From positions 55,616 to 119,615 of the IMG/VR virus record IMGVR_UViG_3300037264_001145: a stretch of 64,000 nt of DNA. One strand, 5' to 3'. This document shows, piece after piece, positions 37,885 to 48,002 of this stretch. Under the pieces are notes generated by a model. That model did no database searches. It saw only the letters and a list, made by a program, of their open reading frames with translations, and had not been told where the DNA came from. Position numbers and translations under genes: made by a program. How positions within the stretch are numbered: the first letter of the stretch is position 1; each line of letters opens with the position of its first letter. The DNA is from a virus.

Positions 37885-38230
37885 AAATTTCTACCAATTT
37901 AAAATTGTTTAATTTACACCATTCTCTTTTACGACCATCTCTTTCTTGTTGTTTGTTGAAATCAATTTTGGTTCTATGAAAGAATTTTACGTGTTCAACG
38001 TGTTGTCTCCCCTGACATTCAATTACCATAAATCTTGATGGAATAAAAAAATCTAAATAAAATTTCTCAACAGGCACATACACTTCCTCAAAGATATTAT
38101 CATCTGGATACTGTTGTAATAATCGTATCTTTATTGATTTTTGAAATTTAGACCTACTGAAATTTTTGTCAGAAAGATACTTCTTTAGATTTATCTTTGT
38201 GTGAGAACCGTTTAATAGTTTAAGTATCAT
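37877..38230 (-). CDS. DUF559/Vsr-like endonuclease
   Basis: EEV...YLDFFIP..VIECQGRQH...QQERD..KREWC motif. Confidence 0.75.
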   Translation of the reverse strand: MILKLLNGSHTKINLKKYLSDKNFSRSKFQKSIKIRLLQQYPDDNIFEEVYVPVEKFYLDFFIPSRFMVIECQGRQHVEHVKFFHRTKIDFNKQQERDGRKREWCKLNNFKLVEIYG

Positions 38231-39264
38231 TTTGGCAATAGTATCTCACGAATTTCATTCTCAAATTTAACAATGTGTTCTGGATTGTTTTTGAAGTATT
38301 CACGAATCTTGTCTAATCCCTGGAGTTTTAATGGATTTTTATTTTCATCCAATATTGACGGTATATTGTACCAACTTCCACTTTTTTGAATTAATCCAAG
38401 ATTTTCGGCGTGAATTATTACATCCTTTGCTGTGTCTATACCTTCTCCGTATCTCAATGGAATTGAACACGGAATATATGGTTTTCCAAGAGCAGAACAA
38501 ACCACATTTACCATAAGATCTTGACCGTCTGGCTCGTTGGTGTCTGGATCTTTATCCCATATTTTTGCCCAATTAACATTTAGCCAAACAGAACAAGCAT
38601 AGCCTATCGCTAATCCACCCTTCTCTATAAATTTTTTCCCGTTAGGCTCCCTGTTTGTTTGAAGTTGACTAAGAAATATCACAATATTGTCGTTGTCGTC
38701 AATGGTTTGTTGAACTTTTCTAAAGAAAGAAGCTAGCAATTTTGGAGTTCCAGCCATGTCACGATTATCACCAATCAATTCACTCTGTTCTGCCATAGTA
38801 GACAAAGCCGCGATACTATCTACAACCGTGACGGCTCGTGGATTATCTTTGATTGTTTGTTCTATAATTCTAAACCAATCTTCCGCCGACAACACCTTGT
38901 CTGGCGTAGACTTGATGATATTTAATTTTTCGGTATTCAAACCTGCAATAGTTTTTAACAAACTTTGACTACATCTTCTTTCTATGTCAACATAAAAAGC
39001 TGGTCTACCATCGTTTATAGCGTTTTTAAGAATATGCAAGCAAAGACTTGTTTTACCAACCTTTGATTTTCCACTGAGCAAACACGTCACACCAGATGGA
39101 ATTCCGCCAGAGAGAGATATGTCCAATGATAATGCTGTTTTAAGTATTTCTCTTTTCTTGTCTATAATCTTGTCGGCAGTTTGAATAATGCCTTCCCCAT
39201 AGGTTCTTTCAAGAAATTTATCAAAACCCTCTTCAACAACCTTATCCGATTTTTTCTTCGCCAC
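38227..39264 (-). CDS. recA: RecA/UvsX-like recombinase
   Basis: LDISLSGGIP, GKSKVGKTS, VDIE, VVDSIAAL, FLSQ and KSGSWY motifs. Confidence 0.92.
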   Translation of the reverse strand: MAKKKSDKVVEEGFDKFLERTYGEGIIQTADKIIDKKREILKTALSLDISLSGGIPSGVTCLLSGKSKVGKTSLCLHILKNAINDGRPAFYVDIERRCSQSLLKTIAGLNTEKLNIIKSTPDKVLSAEDWFRIIEQTIKDNPRAVTVVDSIAALSTMAEQSELIGDNRDMAGTPKLLASFFRKVQQTIDDNDNIVIFLSQLQTNREPNGKKFIEKGGLAIGYACSVWLNVNWAKIWDKDPDTNEPDGQDLMVNVVCSALGKPYIPCSIPLRYGEGIDTAKDVIIHAENLGLIQKSGSWYNIPSILDENKNPLKLQGLDKIREYFKNNPEHIVKFENEIREILLPK

Positions 39265-39724
39265 TATTTTCTAACTCCCTTAAAATCGACAATTTGTTTT
39301 TGCTCCTATCGTCTAAATATCTTGAGTTTTGTTCATCGTTTTTAGACGGGAGAACTCTTGCATGGGCCATAAGCAACCTTCTCTGTCTCTCTTTTTCGTA
39401 TTCAACTTTTAATTTTCCCACTATTTTTGTGACCGTTTTTTTAGCCGACAACGATTTGATACACGTCCTTTTTATTATGTCTATTAATACAGTTTGAGCT
39501 AATGGGTTGTCGAAATTTAATAAACACGCAAATGACTCTAACATGTTTCGTAAGTTATGAACACCTTTGATTTCTCTTTTATATTTATTGGTCCAATAAA
39601 TACTGGATTTCCAAAATCTTGAAGTTAGTTTTCTATCACAGTTTAAGCAAACTAATTCTATCAGATAGTTTGGAAAATCTATCCTTAAACCAGGGGTTGT
39701 CGGAGAATCAAAAGATTTTTCCAT
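39242..39724 (-). CDS. Hypothetical protein
   Basis: Fills a gap in the contiguous minus-strand operon. Confidence 0.6.
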   Translation of the reverse strand: MEKSFDSPTTPGLRIDFPNYLIELVCLNCDRKLTSRFWKSSIYWTNKYKREIKGVHNLRNMLESFACLLNFDNPLAQTVLIDIIKRTCIKSLSAKKTVTKIVGKLKVEYEKERQRRLLMAHARVLPSKNDEQNSRYLDDRSKNKLSILRELENSGEEKIG

Positions 39725-39725
39725 A

Positions 39726-40136
39726 TTATCTATTCTCTATCAAGAAAAATCCGGTCTGTTCTTTACTCCGCGTCTCCTTGGCTACCTTGTCCCCTTTGTT
39801 AGAAATCCAAAACATAGTTGAATTTTCGCCATCAAAATAACCAACACAAACTGCGCCACCCTGTCCACCGAAAGGGAAAACTCTGACCTCCTTCATACCA
39901 TAAATATACCCCTTCTGGTTTTTGGGCATATCGAAAGAGTGGTTTCCTTCTACTAGTCGCATACCAACAATTTTAAGGTCTGTATTTGCTTCCAGAAATT
40001 GTTTCAGTCGTCTCCATGCGTGAGCAGTTTTTTCTCTGGTGTCTTGATACACATCTTTGCCGTTCGATAATTCTGCGACATAAAATCTATTAACACCAAC
40101 CGGCAAGGTAAAACTCACTAATTCCATACTATTCAT
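39726..40136 (-). CDS. Hypothetical protein
   Basis: Abuts both neighbours in the operon. Confidence 0.6.
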   Translation of the reverse strand: MNSMELVSFTLPVGVNRFYVAELSNGKDVYQDTREKTAHAWRRLKQFLEANTDLKIVGMRLVEGNHSFDMPKNQKGYIYGMKEVRVFPFGGQGGAVCVGYFDGENSTMFWISNKGDKVAKETRSKEQTGFFLIENR

Positions 40137-40469
40137 TTAAAAATTCCTTTGCGCAAGTGTAAAATGTGTCTTATTTTTTGTCTTCAAAAACGTTACATAA
40201 TAATCGAAACATGTTTTGTTACATTTTCTGAGACGGAAAAAAAGTCCACCCTTTTCATGATCTACTTTTCCTCTACTCATAGAAGAATTTTGGGGGTTAT
40301 AGAGATCTCCATCACTAGAACTTAAAACAAAGTATATACCACCAATACGATGAGCCAAAAATTCTTTTTCGTCTAAAGGCAATTGTTCTTCATTCAAAGA
40401 AGCAAGTGCTCCGTCAACGTTAATGGGGTGTGGCGTTCCATTAATATCTAAATATATTTCATCATTCAT
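40137..40469 (-). CDS. Hypothetical protein
   Basis: Abuts both neighbours in the operon. Confidence 0.6.
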   Translation of the reverse strand: MNDEIYLDINGTPHPINVDGALASLNEEQLPLDEKEFLAHRIGGIYFVLSSSDGDLYNPQNSSMSRGKVDHEKGGLFFRLRKCNKTCFDYYVTFLKTKNKTHFTLAQRNF

Positions 40470-40833
40470 TCGTTGTCGCCTTGAAAATTACGAGACCTGC
40501 TGTTTCACCAACCTTGTCGCTAACGTCAAATTTTGTTTTATCATTGGCGCATCCAGGATAAAACTGACCTTTGATTAACATCAATTTATTCATATGTTGA
40601 CATTTTTCACAAAAAACTGCTACTTTCGTTGTAATAGGTTGTATATTTTCTCTAACAAGTTCTTCGTTTGTTTTTGTTATTTGAAAAACCATTAAATCTT
40701 TTTTACAACTACTGCATGAAGCAACAATGGTCCCATGATCATATAAACCAAGGGGCGCTCGTTCTTCTGGTTTACGCAAATCAAGTCTCATCAAATATTT
40801 TCCTCCAAAGTGATTGGTCCTGGTTCCACACAA
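40462..40833 (-). CDS. Hypothetical zinc-ribbon protein
   Basis: CSSC...CEKC. Confidence 0.55.
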   Translation of the reverse strand: MCGTRTNHFGGKYLMRLDLRKPEERAPLGLYDHGTIVASCSSCKKDLMVFQITKTNEELVRENIQPITTKVAVFCEKCQHMNKLMLIKGQFYPGCANDKTKFDVSDKVGETAGLVIFKATTNE

Positions 40834-40985
40834 GGTCCATCTAATTCTCCGTGTTTAAACCATTGTTTTTTACGGTCATCGTCAGACATTATATTTAATT
40901 TTTTCTTTCCAAAAATTCTTTCCCAGTTTGCTTCTTCTACTTCTTTTGATACTTGGCAACGCCTTCTTTTATCTCCTTTTCCCAT
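40791..40985 (-). CDS. Small hypothetical protein
   Basis: MGKGDKRR...NWERIFG; operonic position. Confidence 0.5.
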   Translation of the reverse strand: MGKGDKRRRCQVSKEVEEANWERIFGKKKLNIMSDDDRKKQWFKHGELDGPCVEPGPITLEENI

Positions 40986-41183
40986 TTAAATTCCTCCACG
41001 CCAATCGGGATAGTTGTCCCTAAGATTTTTTTTGAAAACATCAGTAATATTTTCAAAATCCTCTTCCCTTATTACAATTTCGTCTGACGGTTTTCTGTCT
41101 AAACATCGACAATCTACTGTCTTTATCAATAGAGTAATTTTTCCGCTCCCTTTACAATCAGCGCAATTTGGATCTGCTTCCAT
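40986..41183 (-). CDS. Small protein with DnaJ-type CxxCxGxG motif
   Basis: CADCKGSG...CRC. Confidence 0.55.
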   Translation of the reverse strand: MEADPNCADCKGSGKITLLIKTVDCRCLDRKPSDEIVIREEDFENITDVFKKNLRDNYPDWRGGI

Positions 41184-41189
41184 AAAATA

Positions 41190-41762
41190 CTATACTATAG
41201 ACTTGGTTATTTTTGCGACGAAAGTGCCATTTGCTTTGGTAAATTTCGCCAACATTTCTTTATGTTTTTCAGTAAATGGTCCACCATTAGATGTTTGACA
41301 TTCAATTGAACCTTTAACTCTTCTTTGTGTTTCTGGGTCTGCATTTTTAATCGCGGTTGTAACAAGTCCAAGTAAACTGTTGTTTGCGCTTGCCTTAAGA
41401 TAAAACTTTATGATAAGTCCTATAGCCGTAAGAAAAAGTACAACTATAAGCCCCATACCAACCACAACCCATCCAGCGCCAGAGTATTTAATTATTCCTG
41501 AATTATTTATGGTTTTACTTACTTCTATAACTTTTTGTTCTAACTTTTCTACTGTTTCGATATTGTTGTCTACCACTGATTCAAGTTGACTAAAATTATC
41601 TTCAACAATACCCATTCTATTTTCTAATTTAGCTGCGCCGGGAGAAACACACGCCGCCGTGAAAAAAAGTAATATAATCAATATTAATCCGGTCAATAAC
41701 AGAGCCAGTGCTCCAGTGGCTACTATAAGTTTATTTCTTAACATTTTTTTTCTTCCCACCAA
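41190..41762 (-). CDS. Membrane protein (two hydrophobic segments plus coiled coil)
   Basis: Long N-terminal hydrophobic stretch ending AAC, and a second TM GWVVVGMGLIVVLFLTAIGLII. Confidence 0.65.
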   Translation of the reverse strand: MVGRKKMLRNKLIVATGALALLLTGLILIILLFFTAACVSPGAAKLENRMGIVEDNFSQLESVVDNNIETVEKLEQKVIEVSKTINNSGIIKYSGAGWVVVGMGLIVVLFLTAIGLIIKFYLKASANNSLLGLVTTAIKNADPETQRRVKGSIECQTSNGGPFTEKHKEMLAKFTKANGTFVAKITKSIV

Positions 41763-42156
41763 ACACCTTGTCCACTAATTCATCTGCTAGTTTATTGTGT
41801 TCACGACCTTCCCATTTTATTGTATACGATTTAAATTTTTCTAATAATTGTGAGACCTTATTTTTATGCTTTAAAAGCTCCACATTATTTGTCTTTGCGG
41901 CATCTGTAACTTGTTTGACTATTAATTGAGAATCAACAATTATATGAACTATTTCGACACCTGTTTTAAGAGCCTCTATTAGCCCAGAAATCAACCCACG
42001 ATATTCAGCAATATTCGATGTGCCCTTTTTACCACACTTTTTAGACCCCTGAAAAATAATTGCTCTCGGCTCTTCTGGATCAAAAGCAATCCAAGCACAC
42101 GCCATTTTTCCTTCCCTAATACCACCATCAGTCCTTAATATTATCTCGTTCAACAT
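41731..42156 (-). CDS. Ribonuclease HI
   Basis: TDGG, SNIAEY, VDSQL and HNKLADEL (D-E-D-D) motifs. Start taken at MLNEI. Confidence 0.9.
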   Translation of the reverse strand: MLNEIILRTDGGIREGKMACAWIAFDPEEPRAIIFQGSKKCGKKGTSNIAEYRGLISGLIEALKTGVEIVHIIVDSQLIVKQVTDAAKTNNVELLKHKNKVSQLLEKFKSYTIKWEGREHNKLADELVDKVFGGKKKNVKK

Positions 42157-42311
42157 ACAGTTATAGTTCCGCCTTTTCTTACAACCCATGACCGAATAGA
42201 ATCCAGGGTTTTTCCAACCATCCAACAACCAATTGGAGCAGAATTTGTAACCTTGTTGTCCATAACGACTATGCCGAATACTGCATAAGATAAAACTATA
42301 CGATACAACAT
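42150..42311 (-). CDS. Small hypothetical protein
   Basis: APIGCWMVGK..IRSWV. Start taken just after the stop at 42313. Confidence 0.45.
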   Translation of the reverse strand: MLYRIVLSYAVFGIVVMDNKVTNSAPIGCWMVGKTLDSIRSWVVRKGGTITVC

Positions 42312-42312
42312 A

Positions 42313-43227
42313 TTATCTATTGGCCCCAAGACAAATTTCTTTAAAGTTACAATATTGACATCTTTTAGTGTTATCCGTGTATTTAAAATATTCTTCATTA
42401 TCTCTATTATTATGAGCTTCTCTTAATATAATTGATTCGTTTTTAATTACTGACGCATGACCAAAAAGTTGTTGTTTATTTACGGTCAATTCTGTTTCGC
42501 CGAGTTCTCCAAGATACATTAAATAAACTGGTACTATTACTATGTCAGATAGTTTTTTAGCAAACCCCTTCTTAAGGGCGTACATCGCGTAAGTGACGAG
42601 TTGATCTATGACATTGGAGTTCACCTTCCCAGTTTTCCAGTCAAGCAAAAAAACCTTGTCGTTATGTTTAAATCCGCAGTCTATTTTTACCGAAACCTCG
42701 CTGCCATCATCCATATTAAATTTTTGAAAATCTTCTAATGCAACCCAATCTTCGGGTTTAAGATTTTGTATAATCTGTGCCATCCTAGAACTATAAAATC
42801 CTTCAATAGATTTCAAAACTATTTGTTTGCATCTGTCAGTTTCTTCTTTTACTAATCCTTCTCCGTAATAGTGCTCGAATAAATTGACAGACTTTGGAGT
42901 ATTTTTCCATTCTTTTTTAGTGGAAGAAATCCATCCAGATCGTAATTTATTAACGCCCAACTCTTGTGCGTCCTGCAAAGGCGTCCATGTTCCATTCAAC
43001 TTGTAAGTTTTAATTACATGTTCAATTACTTCATGGACAATACTTCCTGGCCACATATGTTTATTCGTTAGCTGTTTTAATAAATATGCTTGTTGGCTTC
43101 TCTGGGGGGCACTTTTGCGCCAACCTTCCCATGACTCATAATAGTTAAGAAAATACTTGTACGCACATTCTCTAAGAAGTTTTACCCTACTTTCAGACCA
43201 AGCAAATGTTAATTTAATGTCTGCCAT
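42313..43227 (-). CDS. Second PD-(D/E)XK Cas4/AddB-like nuclease
   Basis: EC..KY, VKID, LDWKTG and CQYCNFKEIC motifs. Confidence 0.85.
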   Translation of the reverse strand: MADIKLTFAWSESRVKLLRECAYKYFLNYYESWEGWRKSAPQRSQQAYLLKQLTNKHMWPGSIVHEVIEHVIKTYKLNGTWTPLQDAQELGVNKLRSGWISSTKKEWKNTPKSVNLFEHYYGEGLVKEETDRCKQIVLKSIEGFYSSRMAQIIQNLKPEDWVALEDFQKFNMDDGSEVSVKIDCGFKHNDKVFLLDWKTGKVNSNVIDQLVTYAMYALKKGFAKKLSDIVIVPVYLMYLGELGETELTVNKQQLFGHASVIKNESIILREAHNNRDNEEYFKYTDNTKRCQYCNFKEICLGANR

Positions 43228-43371
43228 TTAATAAACCCAAACTTCTATGTAGTCATAACAACATGGTTCTACATAATAAACTGGCGTTGGTACGTAAACA
43301 GTATCGGTAACAAAATCTATATCACAACCGCCCAGAAACAAACAACCAAGCATTATTAATAATTTTCCCAT
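43228..43371 (-). CDS. Small lipoprotein
   Basis: MGKLLIMLGCLFLGGC lipobox; RBS upstream. Confidence 0.5.
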   Translation of the reverse strand: MGKLLIMLGCLFLGGCDIDFVTDTVYVPTPVYYVEPCCYDYIEVWVY

Positions 43372-43372
43372 T

Positions 43373-43714
43373 TTATTCCTTCCAAAATATATAAACGTCT
43401 TTTCCTGCTTCTCTAGCAAGACTAATACTGTGTGCTGTTCCGCGAGATTTTCCATCCCAGAAGGCTACTACTATATCAGCCCCTTCTATTATAAATTCGT
43501 TTCTAATAAAACCAGCGGACTTGCCGTGAATGTCCCATCTTGGTAAGATTTCTGTTATTTCTATACCATTTTCTTCCGCGAATTTTCTTGCTAGACTGTC
43601 AGCGCCTCTTGCTCCACCACTTATGATTTTTCCTATTGCGAAACACCCAAGAGACTCTTTCATATATTCATAATTCTTGAACGATCTTGAACCAATAATG
43701 GCTACTTTATTCAT
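43373..43714 (-). CDS. SLOG-family (DUF2493/YspA-like) protein
   Basis: IIGSR, ISGGARGADSLA, AGFIRN and AFWDGKSRGT motifs. Confidence 0.85.
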   Translation of the reverse strand: MNKVAIIGSRSFKNYEYMKESLGCFAIGKIISGGARGADSLARKFAEENGIEITEILPRWDIHGKSAGFIRNEFIIEGADIVVAFWDGKSRGTAHSISLAREAGKDVYIFWKE

Positions 43715-44429
43715 TTGCTTTTATCGCTCTTTCAATAATACCCTGATCGTCTATTGTTCCTGATGCAAAATGTAATATAAATGGTTTGTTGATTTTTATT
43801 CGTTTCACCCATTCCTTTACAAATCCAATTCCTCCACTAAGTGGATGACTATTATAGATACTTCCATTTAATAATTTGATATTGGTCTTGGCATTAACTT
43901 TCATTTCTGTAATAACTTCTGACAAAGCCTTTTGATCCCTGCATGGACTATTGACATTTTCTTGCACTATGTTGTTTTGTATATCAACCCATAAATCTAT
44001 TGTAGAACCAGTGTTTATACAATTTTTGAATGCTATAAAACCAGAAGAAATATTTCGTGTTTGATATCTTGGTTTTACTTCTGGATAAATAGTTACCGCA
44101 ACATCAAAATTTTCTTCAAACAAACTTGATAAATCTTTGATTATTAAACAATCGACATCTAAAAATAACGCGTTGGTAAAATTGCTTCTTAAAAAGTTTT
44201 GAATACACAATGCTTTTCTTGCGCAATTGGTTCCAAAATCTGTTGATGGTTCAAAAATATTTCTATAGATAATTTTATTACTATCGTATGTTTTAGGGTC
44301 TAAATAAATTATAGAATCGGTATAAATATATATATTCTTTACGGAAGATTGGCTTGACCAAGAGTTGATTGTTTTTTCTAACCTTGGTGTGTAATGCGCG
44401 GAGCAATATGTGACTATATCGTAAAACAT
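43707..44429 (-). CDS. Nucleotide-diphospho-sugar transferase (GT-A, GT77-like)
   Basis: ARKA, LFLDVD, ISSGF, DQKAL and ILHF motifs. Confidence 0.75.
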   Translation of the reverse strand: MFYDIVTYCSAHYTPRLEKTINSWSSQSSVKNIYIYTDSIIYLDPKTYDSNKIIYRNIFEPSTDFGTNCARKALCIQNFLRSNFTNALFLDVDCLIIKDLSSLFEENFDVAVTIYPEVKPRYQTRNISSGFIAFKNCINTGSTIDLWVDIQNNIVQENVNSPCRDQKALSEVITEMKVNAKTNIKLLNGSIYNSHPLSGGIGFVKEWVKRIKINKPFILHFASGTIDDQGIIERAIKANE

Positions 44430-45064
44430 TCGTTCTTCTTTATTAGTTCTTTCATTGTCTCTTCGATTGATTTTTTATATTTTCTTAAGCTTCTATAAAA
44501 GGTTGTTTTAGCAATATCGTATTTTTTGAGACAATCTTCTAAACAAAGATTTGTACCATTTATTTTGATAAAAACATTTGTTCTTTTGTTTCTATTTTGT
44601 TCTTTTGAAGTAGATAATTTGCAATTCTTAGGATAATACCCTTTATTGTTTTTAATTCTATCCAAAGATTTATTAATGGGACATTCCCCTATATCTGCAA
44701 GAAAATTTTCAAATTTCATCCATCGTTTGGATACCTTTATACCGCGACCTCCGTAATTTTTATAATTAGAACATTTAAGATTTGTACATCTTTGAATCAT
44801 AGATTGCCAAATATTATATGTTTTTGAATGTTTTCCCCTTTTAGAGTGGCCGTGTTTTAAATTTTTTTTAAAAGCCATTTCTATTCTTAAACATCCACAA
44901 CTTTTAGTTTCTTTTCTAATTAAGTTATCTCCAAGAATTATTTTTTGATTTCCGCAATCACATTTACACAACCACAAAGATTTAGCAAATTTATTTTGCC
45001 CCATGTATTTGGTTGCGACCAATTTATTAAATTTCTGTCCAATCAAATTAATAAATTTAGGCAT
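44414..45064 (-). CDS. HNH-type homing endonuclease-like protein
   Basis: LIGQKF.KL, CKCDCG, KSCGC, YGGRGI and SLDRI.NN.GY...NC motifs; some consensus residues are altered. Confidence 0.75.
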   Translation of the reverse strand: MPKFINLIGQKFNKLVATKYMGQNKFAKSLWLCKCDCGNQKIILGDNLIRKETKSCGCLRIEMAFKKNLKHGHSKRGKHSKTYNIWQSMIQRCTNLKCSNYKNYGGRGIKVSKRWMKFENFLADIGECPINKSLDRIKNNKGYYPKNCKLSTSKEQNRNKRTNVFIKINGTNLCLEDCLKKYDIAKTTFYRSLRKYKKSIEETMKELIKKNECFTI

Positions 45065-46208
45065 TGTTTTTTAACCTATCTCCAATTCCATCTCTGTTTA
45101 AATAATATCCTTTATCAAAGAACGGAAAGAATTCTGGAACGAATTTAGTAATAGATCCTTTAATATCTTGCTGTATTGATACAATTGCAAATCCAACATG
45201 GGCTTCTAGTTTTTTCTTTCTCATAAATCTTGTTTGATCTTGGCAACATCCACATTGTACCATGTGTATAGCTCTTGGGTAACAATAATCAAATTTATGA
45301 TAATGTCCAATCAAACAAACCGCTGGTTTATTTCCTCCCTGAAAAGTTTCTGCTTGTTTTTGTGATGTATAAGATACTGCATATGAACTTCCTCCCCCGG
45401 CGTGCATAAGCTTTATAACACAAGATCCTTTTGGCGCTTTTAGTTCTATATCAGCTTCCATATATCCAAGATAAATTAAATCTTCTCTTCCCTGTGCTTT
45501 AGCTTCCAACATTAAATATCTGCCAAACTCTATTCCTTCTCTTTGTGTCCACCAACCTTCATGATCATCGCCGTCAACATAATATGTATTAATTCCTTTT
45601 CTTTTGGGCCAATTATCTATCGCGTATTGACATTGATCAGCTATACCGTGAGCTTTCAATTCATGAGTATTGAATCTTGCTTCACCATCAACATAATTTC
45701 CGGGACATAACACGGTATTTATTTTTCGTCTAGCAAATTCGTCGTATGCTAAATTTAATACGTCTAATCTTTCACATTTGCTTGCCATGTGCATATCAGC
45801 AACAACACCGAACTCTATGGGTTTTTCATAAAAATGATTTTCAAATGTTATTGTATTTTCTATATTATCTATAGATTTTCCAAGAGAAATATTAGAACCT
45901 TTTTTATAAATTATAAATCCTCTAGCCTCTAAGTCAGAAACTACATTTTCAACATTTTTTTTGTCTGTTTTCATTTCTTCTGAAATTTTATCTATTGTTA
46001 TCGGATTTTTTAATCTTCGCAAGACCTCAGACCTAAAAACAGGATCATTGGGTTCAAGCTTAACAGATGGAGATCCATTGATTATAACTTTTGCTTGACC
46101 GATAAGCTGTCGAGCTTTCCATATAGAAATACCTAGTTCACGAGATATTTGTTTTCGCGTTTTGTTTGATTTGATTAATCTAATTACCTTTTCTAAAAGT
46201 TCGTTCAC
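45057..46208 (-). CDS. Calcineurin-like metallophosphoesterase with N-terminal HTH domains
   Basis: ADMH, GNYVDG, GDDHE, MHA and GHYH motifs; N-terminal RKQISRELGIS and winged-helix segment. Confidence 0.8.
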   Translation of the reverse strand: MNELLEKVIRLIKSNKTRKQISRELGISIWKARQLIGQAKVIINGSPSVKLEPNDPVFRSEVLRRLKNPITIDKISEEMKTDKKNVENVVSDLEARGFIIYKKGSNISLGKSIDNIENTITFENHFYEKPIEFGVVADMHMASKCERLDVLNLAYDEFARRKINTVLCPGNYVDGEARFNTHELKAHGIADQCQYAIDNWPKRKGINTYYVDGDDHEGWWTQREGIEFGRYLMLEAKAQGREDLIYLGYMEADIELKAPKGSCVIKLMHAGGGSSYAVSYTSQKQAETFQGGNKPAVCLIGHYHKFDYCYPRAIHMVQCGCCQDQTRFMRKKKLEAHVGFAIVSIQQDIKGSITKFVPEFFPFFDKGYYLNRDGIGDRLKNNA

Positions 46209-46220
46209 TAATTTGTACCT

Positions 46221-47999
46221 TTATTCTAAAGAGCATTTTCCGGACGAGCAACTATTATCAGTAGATTCTACCTTACATTCGTTTAAATATTTTTTAGCTT
46301 CTTCTGTTGGTAAAATTTCAAGGGGTGATTTACCCTTGGATTCCTCAACGTATATTGTCATGCCTTTTAGATTTCTTATATATTTAAGAATTATATTTGA
46401 CAAATCTTTTTCTGTAGTATTTTTGGGTAAATTTATTGTTTTACTTACAGCATTGCAAATATGTTTTTGACATATTTCTTGAATCTTACAGTGTTGTTCT
46501 GGCAAAATTTGATGAGCATTTTCAAAATTTGAATAATCTTTTTTCTTTTCTATAAATTGTTTCAATAATGGATGTACCACTATTTCGCTAGATTCATTTG
46601 TCATCGAAGAATGAAGGTTTTTGTGTGTATTAAAATTTCTACGATAGACTGTAGCAAATATAGGTTCTATTCCAGAACTACATCCAGATACTATACTAGT
46701 TGTTCCAGTCGGAGCTATTGTCAAAAGAAAACTGTTTCTTATGCCATATTCTAGTATTTTTTTACGTAAACTTGGGGTTAATGATTTTTCACAAAATCCA
46801 CTTTCTATAAATCTGTGCCTATCTAATATTTGAAATTGACCTTTTTCAACACTAAGAAATATACTTGCTTCATACGCCTTCTTTTTAATGAAAAACATTA
46901 CTTTGTCTATAATAACGAGTGCATCTTTTGAACTATATTTTAATCCCATTTTAAGGAGCATATCATGCAATCCCATTATACCCATGCCTATACGACGCTC
47001 CTTTTGTGACCAATCTTTAATTATTTGTAATGGGTAATCATTTTTGTCTATTACATTGTCCAAAAATCTAACGGCAAGACGAATACTATCGTCGAGCAGA
47101 GACCAATCCATTTCTCCGTTTTCTTTAACGTGGACACTAAGATTAATTGCTCCCAAACAACATACAGAATATGGTGGTAAAATTTGTTCTCCGCATGGAT
47201 TGCTGCATGTTTGTTCTCTGCCACAGTAATATAAATTATTCATCTTTCTAGCTAATCCAATATTTAAAAAACCAGGATCTCCAGTTTTTAATGAATTTTC
47301 TATAACTTTATTATACAACCATTTAGCTTTTATGGTTTTTATGATTTTATCTTGCCATTTTAATTCTATATTACCATCGGATTCTACGAGATCAAAAAAT
47401 TTATCGTCAACTAAAACACTTATATTAGCATTATTTAATTCGTGCTTGTCTAACTTGACCGATAAAAATTCTTCTATGTCAGGATGACAATAATTTAAAC
47501 CAAATAACAGTGCGCTTCTTCTTCCTCCTCCTTCTCTTAGTTCGTTGCATATTCCATTTACAATTTTCATTAAAGATACTGCACCAGTAGCTACTCCACC
47601 ACTTCCTTTGATACTTGTACCTCTTGGTCTAATATTATCAAATGAAATTCCTATACCACCACCTAGTCCACTAATAATAGTTACTTCTTTTAAAAGTTCT
47701 CCCCATCCTTCTTTTGAATCTTCCGAAGGAAGCAGAAAACAATTCATACAAGCAGCACGTTTTCGTCCTGCTCCTCTCCATATTCTTCCACCTGGACTAA
47801 ATCTGTTAGTATTAAGTAATTCAAAAAATCTTTCTTCAAATTGTTTTATCTTTTCACCATCTTCGGCGCTGGAGATAAAATTAGAAACGCGAAGACAAGC
47901 CTCTTGAAAATTTTCATTTTCGTGTATAGCGTATCTGTCTTTAAAAATCTGGAGAGCAAAACCTTCGGGGTTGTATAAATTCAATTTATCTTCCATCAA
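46221..47999 (-). CDS. nrdJ: Ribonucleotide reductase, probable class II (B12-dependent)
   Basis: PGGRI, NCF, GGGIG, HPD, NPCGEQ, CCLGAINL and IAPTGT motifs plus C-terminal Cys pair; no beta subunit in the window. Confidence 0.85.
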   Translation of the reverse strand: MMEDKLNLYNPEGFALQIFKDRYAIHENENFQEACLRVSNFISSAEDGEKIKQFEERFFELLNTNRFSPGGRIWRGAGRKRAACMNCFLLPSEDSKEGWGELLKEVTIISGLGGGIGISFDNIRPRGTSIKGSGGVATGAVSLMKIVNGICNELREGGGRRSALLFGLNYCHPDIEEFLSVKLDKHELNNANISVLVDDKFFDLVESDGNIELKWQDKIIKTIKAKWLYNKVIENSLKTGDPGFLNIGLARKMNNLYYCGREQTCSNPCGEQILPPYSVCCLGAINLSVHVKENGEMDWSLLDDSIRLAVRFLDNVIDKNDYPLQIIKDWSQKERRIGMGIMGLHDMLLKMGLKYSSKDALVIIDKVMFFIKKKAYEASIFLSVEKGQFQILDRHRFIESGFCEKSLTPSLRKKILEYGIRNSFLLTIAPTGTTSIVSGCSSGIEPIFATVYRRNFNTHKNLHSSMTNESSEIVVHPLLKQFIEKKKDYSNFENAHQILPEQHCKIQEICQKHICNAVSKTINLPKNTTEKDLSNIILKYIRNLKGMTIYVEESKGKSPLEILPTEEAKKYLNECKVESTDNSCSSGKCSLE

Positions 48000-48002
48000 T
48001 AA

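Noticed and set aside
46221-47999. Intron or intein in RNR (also checked recA, dnaB and thyX)
   Set aside because: The proteins are of normal or compact length with contiguous motifs, and the neighbouring HNH genes are free-standing.
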